This document shows, in pieces, positions 45,714-55,293 of a DNA stretch of 64,000 bases (positions are counted from its first letter, which is position 1; every line of letters begins with the position of its first letter). The DNA is from Candidatus Kerfeldbacteria bacterium. GTDB taxonomy: Bacteria; Patescibacteriota; Patescibacteriia; UBA10025; JAHIVO01. Location of the stretch: positions 777,041-841,040 of the forward strand of contig CP181398.1 of the NCBI GenBank assembly GCA_047946875.1, in the 5' to 3' direction. Under the pieces are notes generated by a model. The model did no database searches, was not told where the DNA came from, and saw only the letters and a list, made by a program, of their open reading frames with translations. Position numbers and translations under genes: made by a program.

Positions 45714-46787
45714 ATGGACACACAAAGTAAGCTACTGATGGATAAAATATTAAGTGTTGTAGCAGAACAAAGAGCCTCTGACTTACATTTGTCAGTAGGG
45801 AGTGTTCCTATTATTAGATTAGATGACAAACTTATTACTCTTGAGAATGAAGATGTTATTACTAAAGAATTTATTCAAGGATTTGTTGATGATCTACTTG
45901 ATAAAGACCAAAAAAAAACATTGGAAGAGAAAAAAGAAGTAGTCCTTGCTTATCAATTCCAAAAAAGAGCAAGATTTAGAATTAATATTTTTTATCAAAA
46001 AGGTGTATTGGCTGTATATTTTAGACTTATTGGTGATACCATTATCCCATTACAAAAACTTGGTCTACCGGATACCCTCCAAAAATTTACTCAGCTACCC
46101 AAAGGTTTGGTCATAACTAGTGGATCATTTGGCTCTGGTAAAACAAGTACTGCAGCTTCAATGATAGATTATATCAATCAAACGACTTCATCATATATAC
46201 TTACTATAGAAGAGCCGATCGAATATATCTTTCAAAACAAAAAAAGCATTATCGAACAACGAGAAGTTGGTCGTGACACTATCTCTTTTGAACAAGCATT
46301 GAGTACAATCACTCAAGAAGATGTTGACCTACTATATGTTTCTGAATTAACAACAAAAAAAATAATTAAAGATATTTTGAATATTGCTGCCTCAGGTAGA
46401 TTGGTCATCGCAAATATTGAAGCAGATACAATTATAAAAACATTTGAAGCAGTCATATATAATTTCCCATCAAATGAACAACAGCAGATAAGAGAATTAT
46501 TATCACAAAACTTAGCAGGTATTATCTGCCAAAGATTAGTACCAAAGATTGGCGGCGGACAAATAGCAGTAGCAGAAATTCTAACTTCTACTCCCCCAAT
46601 CCAATCACTAATCAAAGAAGGATCTCTATATCAAATGAATAATATAATCCAAACATCTAGAGAAGAGGGTATGGTTTCCTTAGACTGGTCACTAGCAGAA
46701 CTAATAAAAACAAATCAAATTTCTTTAGATGATGCTCTTAAAAACGCAAGCGACCCTCAACAACTAAAGTATATGCTCAAAGCCTAA
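45714..46787 (+). CDS. pilT: Type IV pilus retraction ATPase PilT/PilU family
   Basis: 357 aa. ASDLHLSVGSVPIIRLDD..., ARFRINIFYQKG..AVYFRLI, Walker A GSFGSGKTS. The size excludes PilB (no N-terminal domain). Confidence 0.8.
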   Translation: MDTQSKLLMDKILSVVAEQRASDLHLSVGSVPIIRLDDKLITLENEDVITKEFIQGFVDDLLDKDQKKTLEEKKEVVLAYQFQKRARFRINIFYQKGVLAVYFRLIGDTIIPLQKLGLPDTLQKFTQLPKGLVITSGSFGSGKTSTAASMIDYINQTTSSYILTIEEPIEYIFQNKKSIIEQREVGRDTISFEQALSTITQEDVDLLYVSELTTKKIIKDILNIAASGRLVIANIEADTIIKTFEAVIYNFPSNEQQQIRELLSQNLAGIICQRLVPKIGGGQIAVAEILTSTPPIQSLIKEGSLYQMNNIIQTSREEGMVSLDWSLAELIKTNQISLDDALKNASDPQQLKYMLKA

Positions 46788-46799
46788 CTTTATAAAAAT

Positions 46800-47855
46800 A
46801 TGTTAAAAAAATTATTCACAAACAAAGATAGTACTAACTCAATGGTAGGAGTAGATCTTGGTGTTGCAACTATTAAAATTGTAGAATTAAAAAATGAAAA
46901 TAAGAAACCAACTCTAGTCACTTACGGGGTGTCCTCAGGAGACCGCCAAGCTACCAAAGAAATACATCAAAATATTTCCCCAGATTTAATATACTTAATG
47001 CAACAGGCAAGAACAACAACAACTAACGTTGTTGGCGCTCTACCAACATCAAGTGTCTTTAGTACAATTATTGATTTTCCAAAAATGCCTACCAAAGAAA
47101 TTGATTCTGCAATCAAATGGGAAGCTAGAAAATTAATTCCCCTACCTTTAGAAAAAATGTCACTTCACTGGCACATTTTACCGACAGTCGGTAAAACCAA
47201 AGATGATGATTCTATTAAAGTAATACTGAGCGCGGCACCAACTGAAACAACTACAAAATATCTTAAAATTTTTAAAGCGGCAAATTTAAGTCTACTTAGT
47301 CTAGAAACAGAAATCAAAGCTCTACAAAGATCTTTACTAACCCCCACTGATAAAACCAGTTTAATTATAGATATTGGCGCAAATAATACTAATATGATTA
47401 TTTATGATAATAATCTTCCTTTACTAAATAAAAATATCGATATTGGTGGAGAAACTCTAACCTCTCATATTGCAAAAACTATAAATATTAATTTTGAACG
47501 TGCAGCCCAATTAAAAAAACAACTAGGAATGTCTACTTTTGACCAAGCTTCACATCCTGCAGTCAAAGCTATGAAATTTGCTATTGATAATATTATTATT
47601 AGAGATATTAAACATTTAATTACAGTACTAGGAAACTCTACACAGAATAAAATTAATAATATTATTTTAACTGGCGGTGGTGCCCACTTAAAAAATCTAG
47701 ATAAATATCTGGAAAATGAATTAAAAATAAATACAAGAGTAGGAGACCCTTGGCATAAAATATCTTATCCAAAAGAACTAAAATCAGAACTAGGAAAAAT
47801 TGGTACGAAAATGTCAGTAGCCATAGGTCTAGCTCTCAAGGTAGTTGAAAAATAA
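46800..47855 (+). CDS. pilM: Type IV pilus assembly protein PilM (actin-like ATPase)
   Basis: 351 aa. VGVDLGVATIKIVEL N-terminus and ILTGGGAHLKNL near the C-terminus, typical of PilM. No pilN/pilO follows. Confidence 0.75.
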   Translation: MLKKLFTNKDSTNSMVGVDLGVATIKIVELKNENKKPTLVTYGVSSGDRQATKEIHQNISPDLIYLMQQARTTTTNVVGALPTSSVFSTIIDFPKMPTKEIDSAIKWEARKLIPLPLEKMSLHWHILPTVGKTKDDDSIKVILSAAPTETTTKYLKIFKAANLSLLSLETEIKALQRSLLTPTDKTSLIIDIGANNTNMIIYDNNLPLLNKNIDIGGETLTSHIAKTININFERAAQLKKQLGMSTFDQASHPAVKAMKFAIDNIIIRDIKHLITVLGNSTQNKINNIILTGGGAHLKNLDKYLENELKINTRVGDPWHKISYPKELKSELGKIGTKMSVAIGLALKVVEK

Positions 47856-48100
47856 ATATAAAAAAAATACCGCCCAATTTACTGCCTCCAAGCGTAAGGT
47901 ATCATAGAATAATCTACAAAACCTTAACTCAAGGCTACTCGTAGGATTCTAGGAGGGGTGAATCATACTTTTACCGCTTGATAGGCAGAAAACTAAACGA
48001 TATCGTTTTTTAGTTTTCCACTTGATTTTTTAAGATTCAACTGTAATAATGCATAGTAGCAAACCTTAAATAATATGTCAAGACTTCCCATCAATATGTT

Positions 48101-51100
48101 ATGGGAAAATTGGCTTATTTAAGCGTTTTTTGCCATTTTAACCAAAACAAAGTGACGGAAAAATCCAAAAAATTGAAGACCGGCAAACCTGAAATTAATC
48201 AAAATATTGCAAAAATACTAAAAAAAGAAAATGCAATATCAATTACAGGACTGCCCAATCTTACTTCTCTAACATATTTCATATCAGTAAATCATGCCTT
48301 AGATGAAAAGGTTGTCTTTTGGTTGATAAAAAAAGAAGAAATGTCCGCAAGTCAGCAACTTCTGTACCATTGGCACAAAATATTTAAAAACAAAAGAATT
48401 ATCTGGTCACTTGATGAAATAAATCCAATGCGCGCTCAAGAATTATCTAGTCAAATACCACAAATTATTCTCGTCGATATTGCCAGCCTTAATGAAAAAC
48501 TCCCCTCTCTAAACAATAAGATTGAACATGAACTAACATTATCAAGAGGTCAACAATTTACCCCAGCTACTCTTTCACAAAAAATGATCTCTTTTGGCTA
48601 TGAATTTAGCAACCACGCAAGTCAATCAGGATATTTTTCTAGGCGAGGTGGCGTTGTAGACATTTATCCAACTAACCATGAAGATCCGATCAAAATAGAA
48701 TTTGATAATAACAGTATAAATCAAATAAACACCTATAATCCTATCAACAAAAGGATCAATGAAGAAATAAAAAATATTACATTAATAGCTAATAAATTCT
48801 CAGGAGCAAATAGTCGTACTAATTGGTTAGGCTACTTAGAAAGTATTAATAAATCTATAATTATTTACCAGGATAATGAAGAATTCAATAATATTCTAGT
48901 CAACTGGCGAGAATTAAGAAATAAAATAAAACCTTATCAACAAATTATAATTAAAGATTTTGAAAAAAATGCTACAGACCTTGGTTTCAAAACAGCTGAT
49001 ATATATCATCAAGATTACAATAAATTTGTTTCTGATTTAAAATCTTATAATAAGAATAAATGGAAAATTGGGATAGCAACTGACAAAATTAAAAATATTC
49101 AAGAATTATTAAAAGAAAAGAAATCAGATAAAATTCCGATCGCATATTGGCCATTTATTAATCATCTAAATGGCTTTGTTAATGAAACAGAAAAAATTGC
49201 CCTCATAACTGACAAAGAAATTTTTGGTGAAGAGACTATAAAAAGCGAGTCACCTCATCAGCGAGTTGATCAAGCTTTTATGATTGGTTTAAAAGAAGGT
49301 GATTACGTAGTTCACCTCGACCATGGTATAGGTAGATTTGTTGGTATGAGCAAACATGAAATTGAAGGAATATTAAAAGAATATTTTGTAGTACAATATG
49401 CAGAAGGTGACAAAATATCTGTACCAGTAGAAACAGCTGATAAGCTTTCAAAATATATTGGTATGGCTCATCCAAAGATGCATCGACTCTCAGGCGGACA
49501 TTGGTATCAGATTACTAGAAAAGTGAAACAAGAAGCAAAAGTACTAGCGCAAGAATTATTAAAAATATATGCCAGTAGAGAAATGATAAAAATAAAGCCC
49601 TTTGCAAAAAATCTAGAAATAGAGAATGAACTAGCAGAAACATTCCCCTACAAAGAAACACCAGATCAAGCAAGGGCAATTGCCGATGTAAAAAATGAAT
49701 TAGAGAAAGAAACTCCTATGGATCACTTGATTTGTGGTGATGTAGGGTTTGGTAAAACAGAAGTTGCTGTTCGAGCTGCCTTCAAAGCAGTAGCTAACAA
49801 AAAACAAGTTGCTCTACTATCTCCTACTACTATCCTAACTCAACAACACTATGATACTTTTAGAGAAAGATTAAAAAAATTTCCAATCAAAGTTGGTATA
49901 TTATCCAGATTTGAATCTGATAAAGAACAAGCCGATACCATAGAAAAATTAAAAAGTGGTTTAATAGATATAGTTATAGGTACTCACAGGCTACTCTCCA
50001 GTGATGTTAATTTCAAAAATTTAGGATTAATCATTATTGATGAAGAACAGAGATTTGGAGTAAAAGCTAAAGAAAGATTAAAAGCTTACAGGTCTCAATC
50101 TCATATCCTCACCTTAACAGCCACTCCAATACCACGTACTTTGAATATTGCTTTATCTGGTGTACGTGACGTTAGTATTATTGAGACTCCACCAGAAGGT
50201 AGACTACCAATCGACACTTTCATAGAACCATATACAGATGAAACTGTTAAAAAAGCAATAGTAAAAGAGCTTAAACGTGATGGTCAAGTTTATTATCTTC
50301 ATAACAAAGTAGAAACAATAAATATCGCCGCTCGTGAAATACAAAAACTAGTCCCCAAAGCTAAAATTGGAATCGCCCACGGTCGTTTACCAGAAAAAGA
50401 TCTAGCAAAAGCAATGGGAGATTTTGATACAAGAAAAACAAATATTTTGGTATGTTCTACAATTATAGAAAATGGACTAGATCTACCAAATGTAAATACA
50501 ATGATAGTTAATAATGCTACTAATTTCGGACTAGCCCAACTTTACCAACTTCGAGGAAGAATAGGACGCGGAAATAGACAGGCCTATGCTTATTTTCTTT
50601 ATCATCGCAAGAAACTAAAAGGAAACGCCAAAAAAAGATTACAAGCTTTAATGGAAGCAAAAAAATTAGGAAGTGGTTTTCAACTTGCTCTAAGAGATCT
50701 AGAAATTAGAGGGGCTGGTAATATTTTAGGAAAAGAACAACATGGTAAAGTTTCGGCAATTGGCCTCTCATTATATACAAGGTTATTAGCCCAAGCGATT
50801 GAAGAACTAAAATTTGGCAAAGTGCAAGATCCTATTCGTGATATTATTATAGATCTTCCTCTCCCCGCATATATACCTGCAGAATTTTTACAAGAAGAAG
50901 AAAGATTATTGCTCTATCAAAAAATGGCAAGTATTACTAAGCTAGAAGAATTAAAAGAACTACATGATAGAATTATTCGTTCGCGAACTCGCGAAGAGCA
51001 AAGGACTTTCCCACAAGAAATTACAAATCTATTTTCAATTTTAGAAATAAAACTACTTTGTCAGCAAACTGACATCTCTCATATTGACACTACACAAATG

Positions 51101-51301
51101 ACTGACGATTTCGGACATAAACAACGTCGAATTATTATTAAATTCCTCTTCCCACTCAAACCAGAACCACTAGCAAAACTTTTGCAAAAGAATCCTAAAT
51201 GGCAATTCAAAGATGATAATATAAAAATCGATCTTACTGATCTAGGTACAGAATGGTTAACTGAACTAAAAAAAGTGCTCAGACTATTTAAAAATAAATA
51301 A
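48101..51301 (+). CDS. mfd: Transcription-repair coupling factor
   Basis: 1066 aa. UvrB-homology N-region, RNAP-interacting domain, superfamily-2 helicase motifs (CGDVGFGKTEVAVRAAF, DEEQRFGV, TATPIPRT) and TRCF C-terminal domain. Confidence 0.9.
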   Translation: MGKLAYLSVFCHFNQNKVTEKSKKLKTGKPEINQNIAKILKKENAISITGLPNLTSLTYFISVNHALDEKVVFWLIKKEEMSASQQLLYHWHKIFKNKRIIWSLDEINPMRAQELSSQIPQIILVDIASLNEKLPSLNNKIEHELTLSRGQQFTPATLSQKMISFGYEFSNHASQSGYFSRRGGVVDIYPTNHEDPIKIEFDNNSINQINTYNPINKRINEEIKNITLIANKFSGANSRTNWLGYLESINKSIIIYQDNEEFNNILVNWRELRNKIKPYQQIIIKDFEKNATDLGFKTADIYHQDYNKFVSDLKSYNKNKWKIGIATDKIKNIQELLKEKKSDKIPIAYWPFINHLNGFVNETEKIALITDKEIFGEETIKSESPHQRVDQAFMIGLKEGDYVVHLDHGIGRFVGMSKHEIEGILKEYFVVQYAEGDKISVPVETADKLSKYIGMAHPKMHRLSGGHWYQITRKVKQEAKVLAQELLKIYASREMIKIKPFAKNLEIENELAETFPYKETPDQARAIADVKNELEKETPMDHLICGDVGFGKTEVAVRAAFKAVANKKQVALLSPTTILTQQHYDTFRERLKKFPIKVGILSRFESDKEQADTIEKLKSGLIDIVIGTHRLLSSDVNFKNLGLIIIDEEQRFGVKAKERLKAYRSQSHILTLTATPIPRTLNIALSGVRDVSIIETPPEGRLPIDTFIEPYTDETVKKAIVKELKRDGQVYYLHNKVETINIAAREIQKLVPKAKIGIAHGRLPEKDLAKAMGDFDTRKTNILVCSTIIENGLDLPNVNTMIVNNATNFGLAQLYQLRGRIGRGNRQAYAYFLYHRKKLKGNAKKRLQALMEAKKLGSGFQLALRDLEIRGAGNILGKEQHGKVSAIGLSLYTRLLAQAIEELKFGKVQDPIRDIIIDLPLPAYIPAEFLQEEERLLLYQKMASITKLEELKELHDRIIRSRTREEQRTFPQEITNLFSILEIKLLCQQTDISHIDTTQMTDDFGHKQRRIIIKFLFPLKPEPLAKLLQKNPKWQFKDDNIKIDLTDLGTEWLTELKKVLRLFKNK

Positions 51302-51345
51302 TTAATTTTCTTGCTATAAATCAAATACCAATGTATAATTGCAAT

Positions 51346-51376
51346 AGACCTTCCCCAAAGAAAGGTCTTTTTTTAT
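51346..51376 (+). terminator. Rho-independent terminator after mfd (agacctt-ccccaaaga-aaggtct + T7), abutting the dprA start codon
   Basis: Perfect 7-bp stem, 9-nt loop and a run of 8 T. A TATAAT box at 51334-51339 lies just upstream, so dprA expression may involve read-through. Confidence 0.6.
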
Positions 51377-52483
51377 ATGCAAACAAAAAAATCTAATTTA
51401 TCAACAGACATTCAATATTGGATAGCCTTCTCATATATAAATGGGATTGGTCCACAAAAAATTAAATTAATTTATAATCATTTTTCCAGTTTAAAAGATG
51501 CCTGGCAAGCACCCAAAGAAGAGTATTTTAAAATTGGTTTAAATACTAAAGATATTCATGCTCTCAACGAAGCAAGAAATAAATTAATACCAGAAAAATT
51601 ATACAATGATATAATAAAAAATAAAATTAATATAGTTACGCTGAAAGATAATAATTATCCTCTTCTTTTAAGAGAGATTTATTCTCCACCACCAATTCTT
51701 TATTATAAAGGTAAATTGCCAGATAACTCTAATATGTCATTAGGGGTAGTAGGTACTAGGAAAACAAGTATCTACGGTAGACAGGCTTCCCTTGATCTGG
51801 TTAGCATACTAGCTAAGACTGGATTAATAATAGTGTCGGGTCTAGCTCTTGGCATAGACACCCTAGCTCATCAAACTACTCTGAAATATGGAGGAATAAC
51901 CATGGCTATTCTAGGCTGTGGACTTGATATTATTTATCCATCATCGAATTATCAACTAGCTAAAAATATTGTTTTCAATGGTGGGTGTATAATATCTGAA
52001 TATCCACCTGGTACCAAGCCACTAAAACAGCATTTTCCAGCCCGTAATCGTATTATTGCAGGTATTACCAAGGGAGTGCTTGTTATAGAAGGTGGTCATA
52101 AATCCGGCTCACTGATCACTGCTCGCTTTTCACTAGACTATAATAGAGAGGTAATGGCTATTCCGGGTAGCATATTTAATACTAATGCGGAAGGAACTAA
52201 CCATTTACTAAAAAATGGCGCTCATTTAATAAGTAATGCAGAAGATGTATTAAATGTTCTAGACTTACAATATATTCAAAAATATAAAGAAACTCAACAA
52301 GCTTTACCAAAAAACTCAGAAGAAAAAATATTATACGAAATAATAACAAAATCACCTATCCATATTGACGAAATAATTCAACAGTGTAAACTACAAATCA
52401 GTATTATAAATGCCACACTGACTATCATGGAAATGAAAGGTTTAATAAAAAATCTTGGTGGTGGAAATTTTATACGAAATTAA
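51377..52483 (+). CDS. dprA: DNA-processing protein DprA (Smf)
   Basis: 368 aa. Rossmann-like core GVVGTRKTSIYGRQ...VSGLALGIDTLAHQTTL...ILGCGLDIIYP. Confidence 0.85.
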   Translation: MQTKKSNLSTDIQYWIAFSYINGIGPQKIKLIYNHFSSLKDAWQAPKEEYFKIGLNTKDIHALNEARNKLIPEKLYNDIIKNKINIVTLKDNNYPLLLREIYSPPPILYYKGKLPDNSNMSLGVVGTRKTSIYGRQASLDLVSILAKTGLIIVSGLALGIDTLAHQTTLKYGGITMAILGCGLDIIYPSSNYQLAKNIVFNGGCIISEYPPGTKPLKQHFPARNRIIAGITKGVLVIEGGHKSGSLITARFSLDYNREVMAIPGSIFNTNAEGTNHLLKNGAHLISNAEDVLNVLDLQYIQKYKETQQALPKNSEEKILYEIITKSPIHIDEIIQQCKLQISIINATLTIMEMKGLIKNLGGGNFIRN

Positions 52484-52573
52484 TATCTACCTGCCTATTC
52501 ATGGGCACAATAAATTTTTTCTACTTTAAAAAACTTGCATTATTTTTCAAAGTATTGTACATATATAGTTATT

Positions 52574-54769
52574 ATGAAATTATTAATAGTTGAGTCGCCA
52601 ACCAAAGCAAAAACAGTTTCCAAATTATTAGGAACAAAATCTCCTTACACCGTTAAAGCAAGTGTTGGGCATGTTCGCGATTTACCAAAAAGTAATAAAA
52701 AAGCGATTGACATTGAAGGTGGTTTTATTCCTCATTATGAGATATCCCCCAAGAAACAAGATATAGTAGATGAATTACGAAAATTAGCAAAAAAATCTGA
52801 TGAAGTTCTATTGGCCACTGATCCAGATCGTGAAGGAGAAGCAATCGCCTGGCATATTGCTGAAATATTAAAAGAAGCTAATTATAAAAAAGAGATAAAA
52901 AGAGTTGAATTTCATGAAATAACCAAAGCAGCTATTGACGAAGCAGTTAGCCATCCAAAAGAAATAGACCAAAACCTACGTATAGCTCAGGAAGCTAGGC
53001 GTGTTTTAGATAGACTAGTGGGCTACGATCTAAGTGGCTTAATATGGAAAAAGCTAAGATATGGTCTATCAGCTGGTAGAGTACAATCACCCGCTCTTAG
53101 AATCATAGTAGAGAAAGAAAGAGAAATACAAAAATTCACCCCCGAAACGTTTTGGGTACTGACTGCCGATCTAATTTTAAATAAAAAAGATCCCATAACC
53201 TTTAACTGTGCTGTAGAACCTCGAGACAAAAAAGAAGTTGATAATATTGTAAAACTAGGAAAAAAGGGAAATTGGGAAATTATCAGTGTAAAAGAAACAG
53301 AAACCAAACGATCCCCTCGCGCACCATTTACCACCTCTACTCTACAACAAACTGCAAGCTCCCGTTTTGGCTATACTCCATCTCGTACTATGAGAACTGC
53401 TCAAAAACTATATGAAGCGGGACATATCACTTATATGCGTACTGATAGCACAAATCTTAGTACCGAATCTCTAAAAAATATTAACAAAACTATATCTGAT
53501 GAATTTGGTGCAGAACTTTTTTTAGAAAAAACATATAAGACTAAAAGTAAAAATGCTCAAGAAGCTCATGAAGCAATAAGGCCATCTGATTTTTCCAAAA
53601 AAACTGCTGGTAATACAGATGATCAAAAAAAAGTATATGAATTAATATGGAGTAGAACTGTAGCCTCTCAGATGATAGATGCAAAATTATTAAGAACAAA
53701 AATTATTGCCAACATTACTAATGGTGAAATTCCAAATTTTAGTATTAATGGCACTCGCATCTTAAGCCAAGGATGGCTAATGGCAGATCCTGCCGCTCGA
53801 AATGATGAAGTAAATTTACCAATAGTTCAAGCATCAGATCCTCTTACTCTAGAAAAAATGAATTCACTAGAAAAAGAAACTCAACCTCCTCCACGCTATT
53901 CAGAAGCTGGTTTGGTTAAAGAATTAGAAAAACGAGGAATCGGACGACCCAGTACTTATGCTTCAATTATAAAAACTATAATTACTCGTGGGTATGTAGA
54001 AAAAGAAGGAAGTGCTCTCAAACCTACAGACACTGGAGAAGTTGTTAGTAAATTTCTTGAAGATCATTTTACTGATTATATTAGCGACTCCTTTACAGCA
54101 GAAATGGAAAATAATCTTGATGATATTGCAAATGGTAAAAAAGAATACAAAAAGACTCTAACTGATTTTTATAACCCATTTACTAAAGTAGTTAAATCAA
54201 AAGATAAAATTGATAAAATCACCAACCTCGGAGATGCTGATCCAAAACTTAAATGCCCAGAATGTGATGGCAAGATGATAATCAAGTTGGGTCGAACTGG
54301 TAAATTTATAAGTTGCGCAAAATTTCCTGACTGCAAAGGTGCTAGGACTATAGATGGCAATGAACTAGCCGGACCTAAAGAAATCGGAGAAGACTGTCCA
54401 AAATGTAAAGATGGTAAATTAGTAGAAAGAGAAGGTCGTTTTGGACTTTTTATCTCTTGTAACAATTATCCAAAATGTAAATTTATTAAAGATAGTGAAA
54501 ATAACCAAAATTCAACTGGTATTAAATGTCCAACATGTAATAAAGGTGAGATGATAGAAAGAAGAGGTAGGTTTGGATTATTCTATAGTTGTTCAGCATA
54601 TCCTGATTGTAAATATGCTATTAAAGCAAAACCAACTGGAAATCATTGTGAATATATGGGAGAGAATGGTAAATGTGGAGCATTAATGATGGAAGGAACA
54701 AAAACCATACCTGAAAGATGTAGTGACAAAGCATGTCCAAATCATAATCCTCATAAATTAAATAAATAA
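52574..54769 (+). CDS. topA: DNA topoisomerase I with four C-terminal C4 zinc ribbons
   Basis: Start MKLLIVESPTKAK (TOPRIM); the track ORF begins 13 codons earlier. Active-site region GHITYMRTDS. Zinc ribbons CPECDGKM...CAKFPDCKG repeat four times. Confidence 0.9.
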   Translation: MKLLIVESPTKAKTVSKLLGTKSPYTVKASVGHVRDLPKSNKKAIDIEGGFIPHYEISPKKQDIVDELRKLAKKSDEVLLATDPDREGEAIAWHIAEILKEANYKKEIKRVEFHEITKAAIDEAVSHPKEIDQNLRIAQEARRVLDRLVGYDLSGLIWKKLRYGLSAGRVQSPALRIIVEKEREIQKFTPETFWVLTADLILNKKDPITFNCAVEPRDKKEVDNIVKLGKKGNWEIISVKETETKRSPRAPFTTSTLQQTASSRFGYTPSRTMRTAQKLYEAGHITYMRTDSTNLSTESLKNINKTISDEFGAELFLEKTYKTKSKNAQEAHEAIRPSDFSKKTAGNTDDQKKVYELIWSRTVASQMIDAKLLRTKIIANITNGEIPNFSINGTRILSQGWLMADPAARNDEVNLPIVQASDPLTLEKMNSLEKETQPPPRYSEAGLVKELEKRGIGRPSTYASIIKTIITRGYVEKEGSALKPTDTGEVVSKFLEDHFTDYISDSFTAEMENNLDDIANGKKEYKKTLTDFYNPFTKVVKSKDKIDKITNLGDADPKLKCPECDGKMIIKLGRTGKFISCAKFPDCKGARTIDGNELAGPKEIGEDCPKCKDGKLVEREGRFGLFISCNNYPKCKFIKDSENNQNSTGIKCPTCNKGEMIERRGRFGLFYSCSAYPDCKYAIKAKPTGNHCEYMGENGKCGALMMEGTKTIPERCSDKACPNHNPHKLNK

Positions 54770-54777
54770 TATATAAT

Positions 54778-55269
54778 ATGACAGATACAAATCAAATGTG
54801 TGAAAAATGTGGGAAACCATTGGCAGTAAAAGAAGGTAAATTTGGAGAATTCTTAGCTTGTACTGGTTACCCAGAATGCACTAACACACAACAAATGAAT
54901 CCTGCAGATAAATCCCCTGGCGAAATTGAAATCCCAGCCGAAGATAAAACTTGTGAAAAATGTAGCAAACCGATGGCTATCAAAAATGGAAAATTTGGTC
55001 CTTTCTTAGCTTGTACTGGTTATCCTGACTGTCATAATATAAAAAATATTGAACAAAAGACTGGCGTCAAATGTCCTGAATGTGGCAAAGGTGATATAAT
55101 AGTAAAAAGATCAAGACAAGGTAAAATATTCTATGCTTGTAATCAATATCCTCAATGTAAATTTGCCCTCTGGTCAAAACCAACAGGTAAAAATTGTGAA
55201 AAATGTAAATCATTAATGATAGCGTCTGGTCAAGATTCTTCCATCTGCTCAAATAAGGAATGTAAGTAG
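54778..55269 (+). CDS. Stand-alone topoisomerase-type C4 zinc-ribbon protein (four zf-C4_Topoisom-like repeats)
   Basis: 163 aa of CEKCGKPLAVKEGKFGEFLACTGYPEC-type repeats, immediately downstream of topA and in a different frame. Confidence 0.7.
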   Translation: MTDTNQMCEKCGKPLAVKEGKFGEFLACTGYPECTNTQQMNPADKSPGEIEIPAEDKTCEKCSKPMAIKNGKFGPFLACTGYPDCHNIKNIEQKTGVKCPECGKGDIIVKRSRQGKIFYACNQYPQCKFALWSKPTGKNCEKCKSLMIASGQDSSICSNKECK

Positions 55270-55293
55270 TAGTAATAAATACACTCTAGTATT

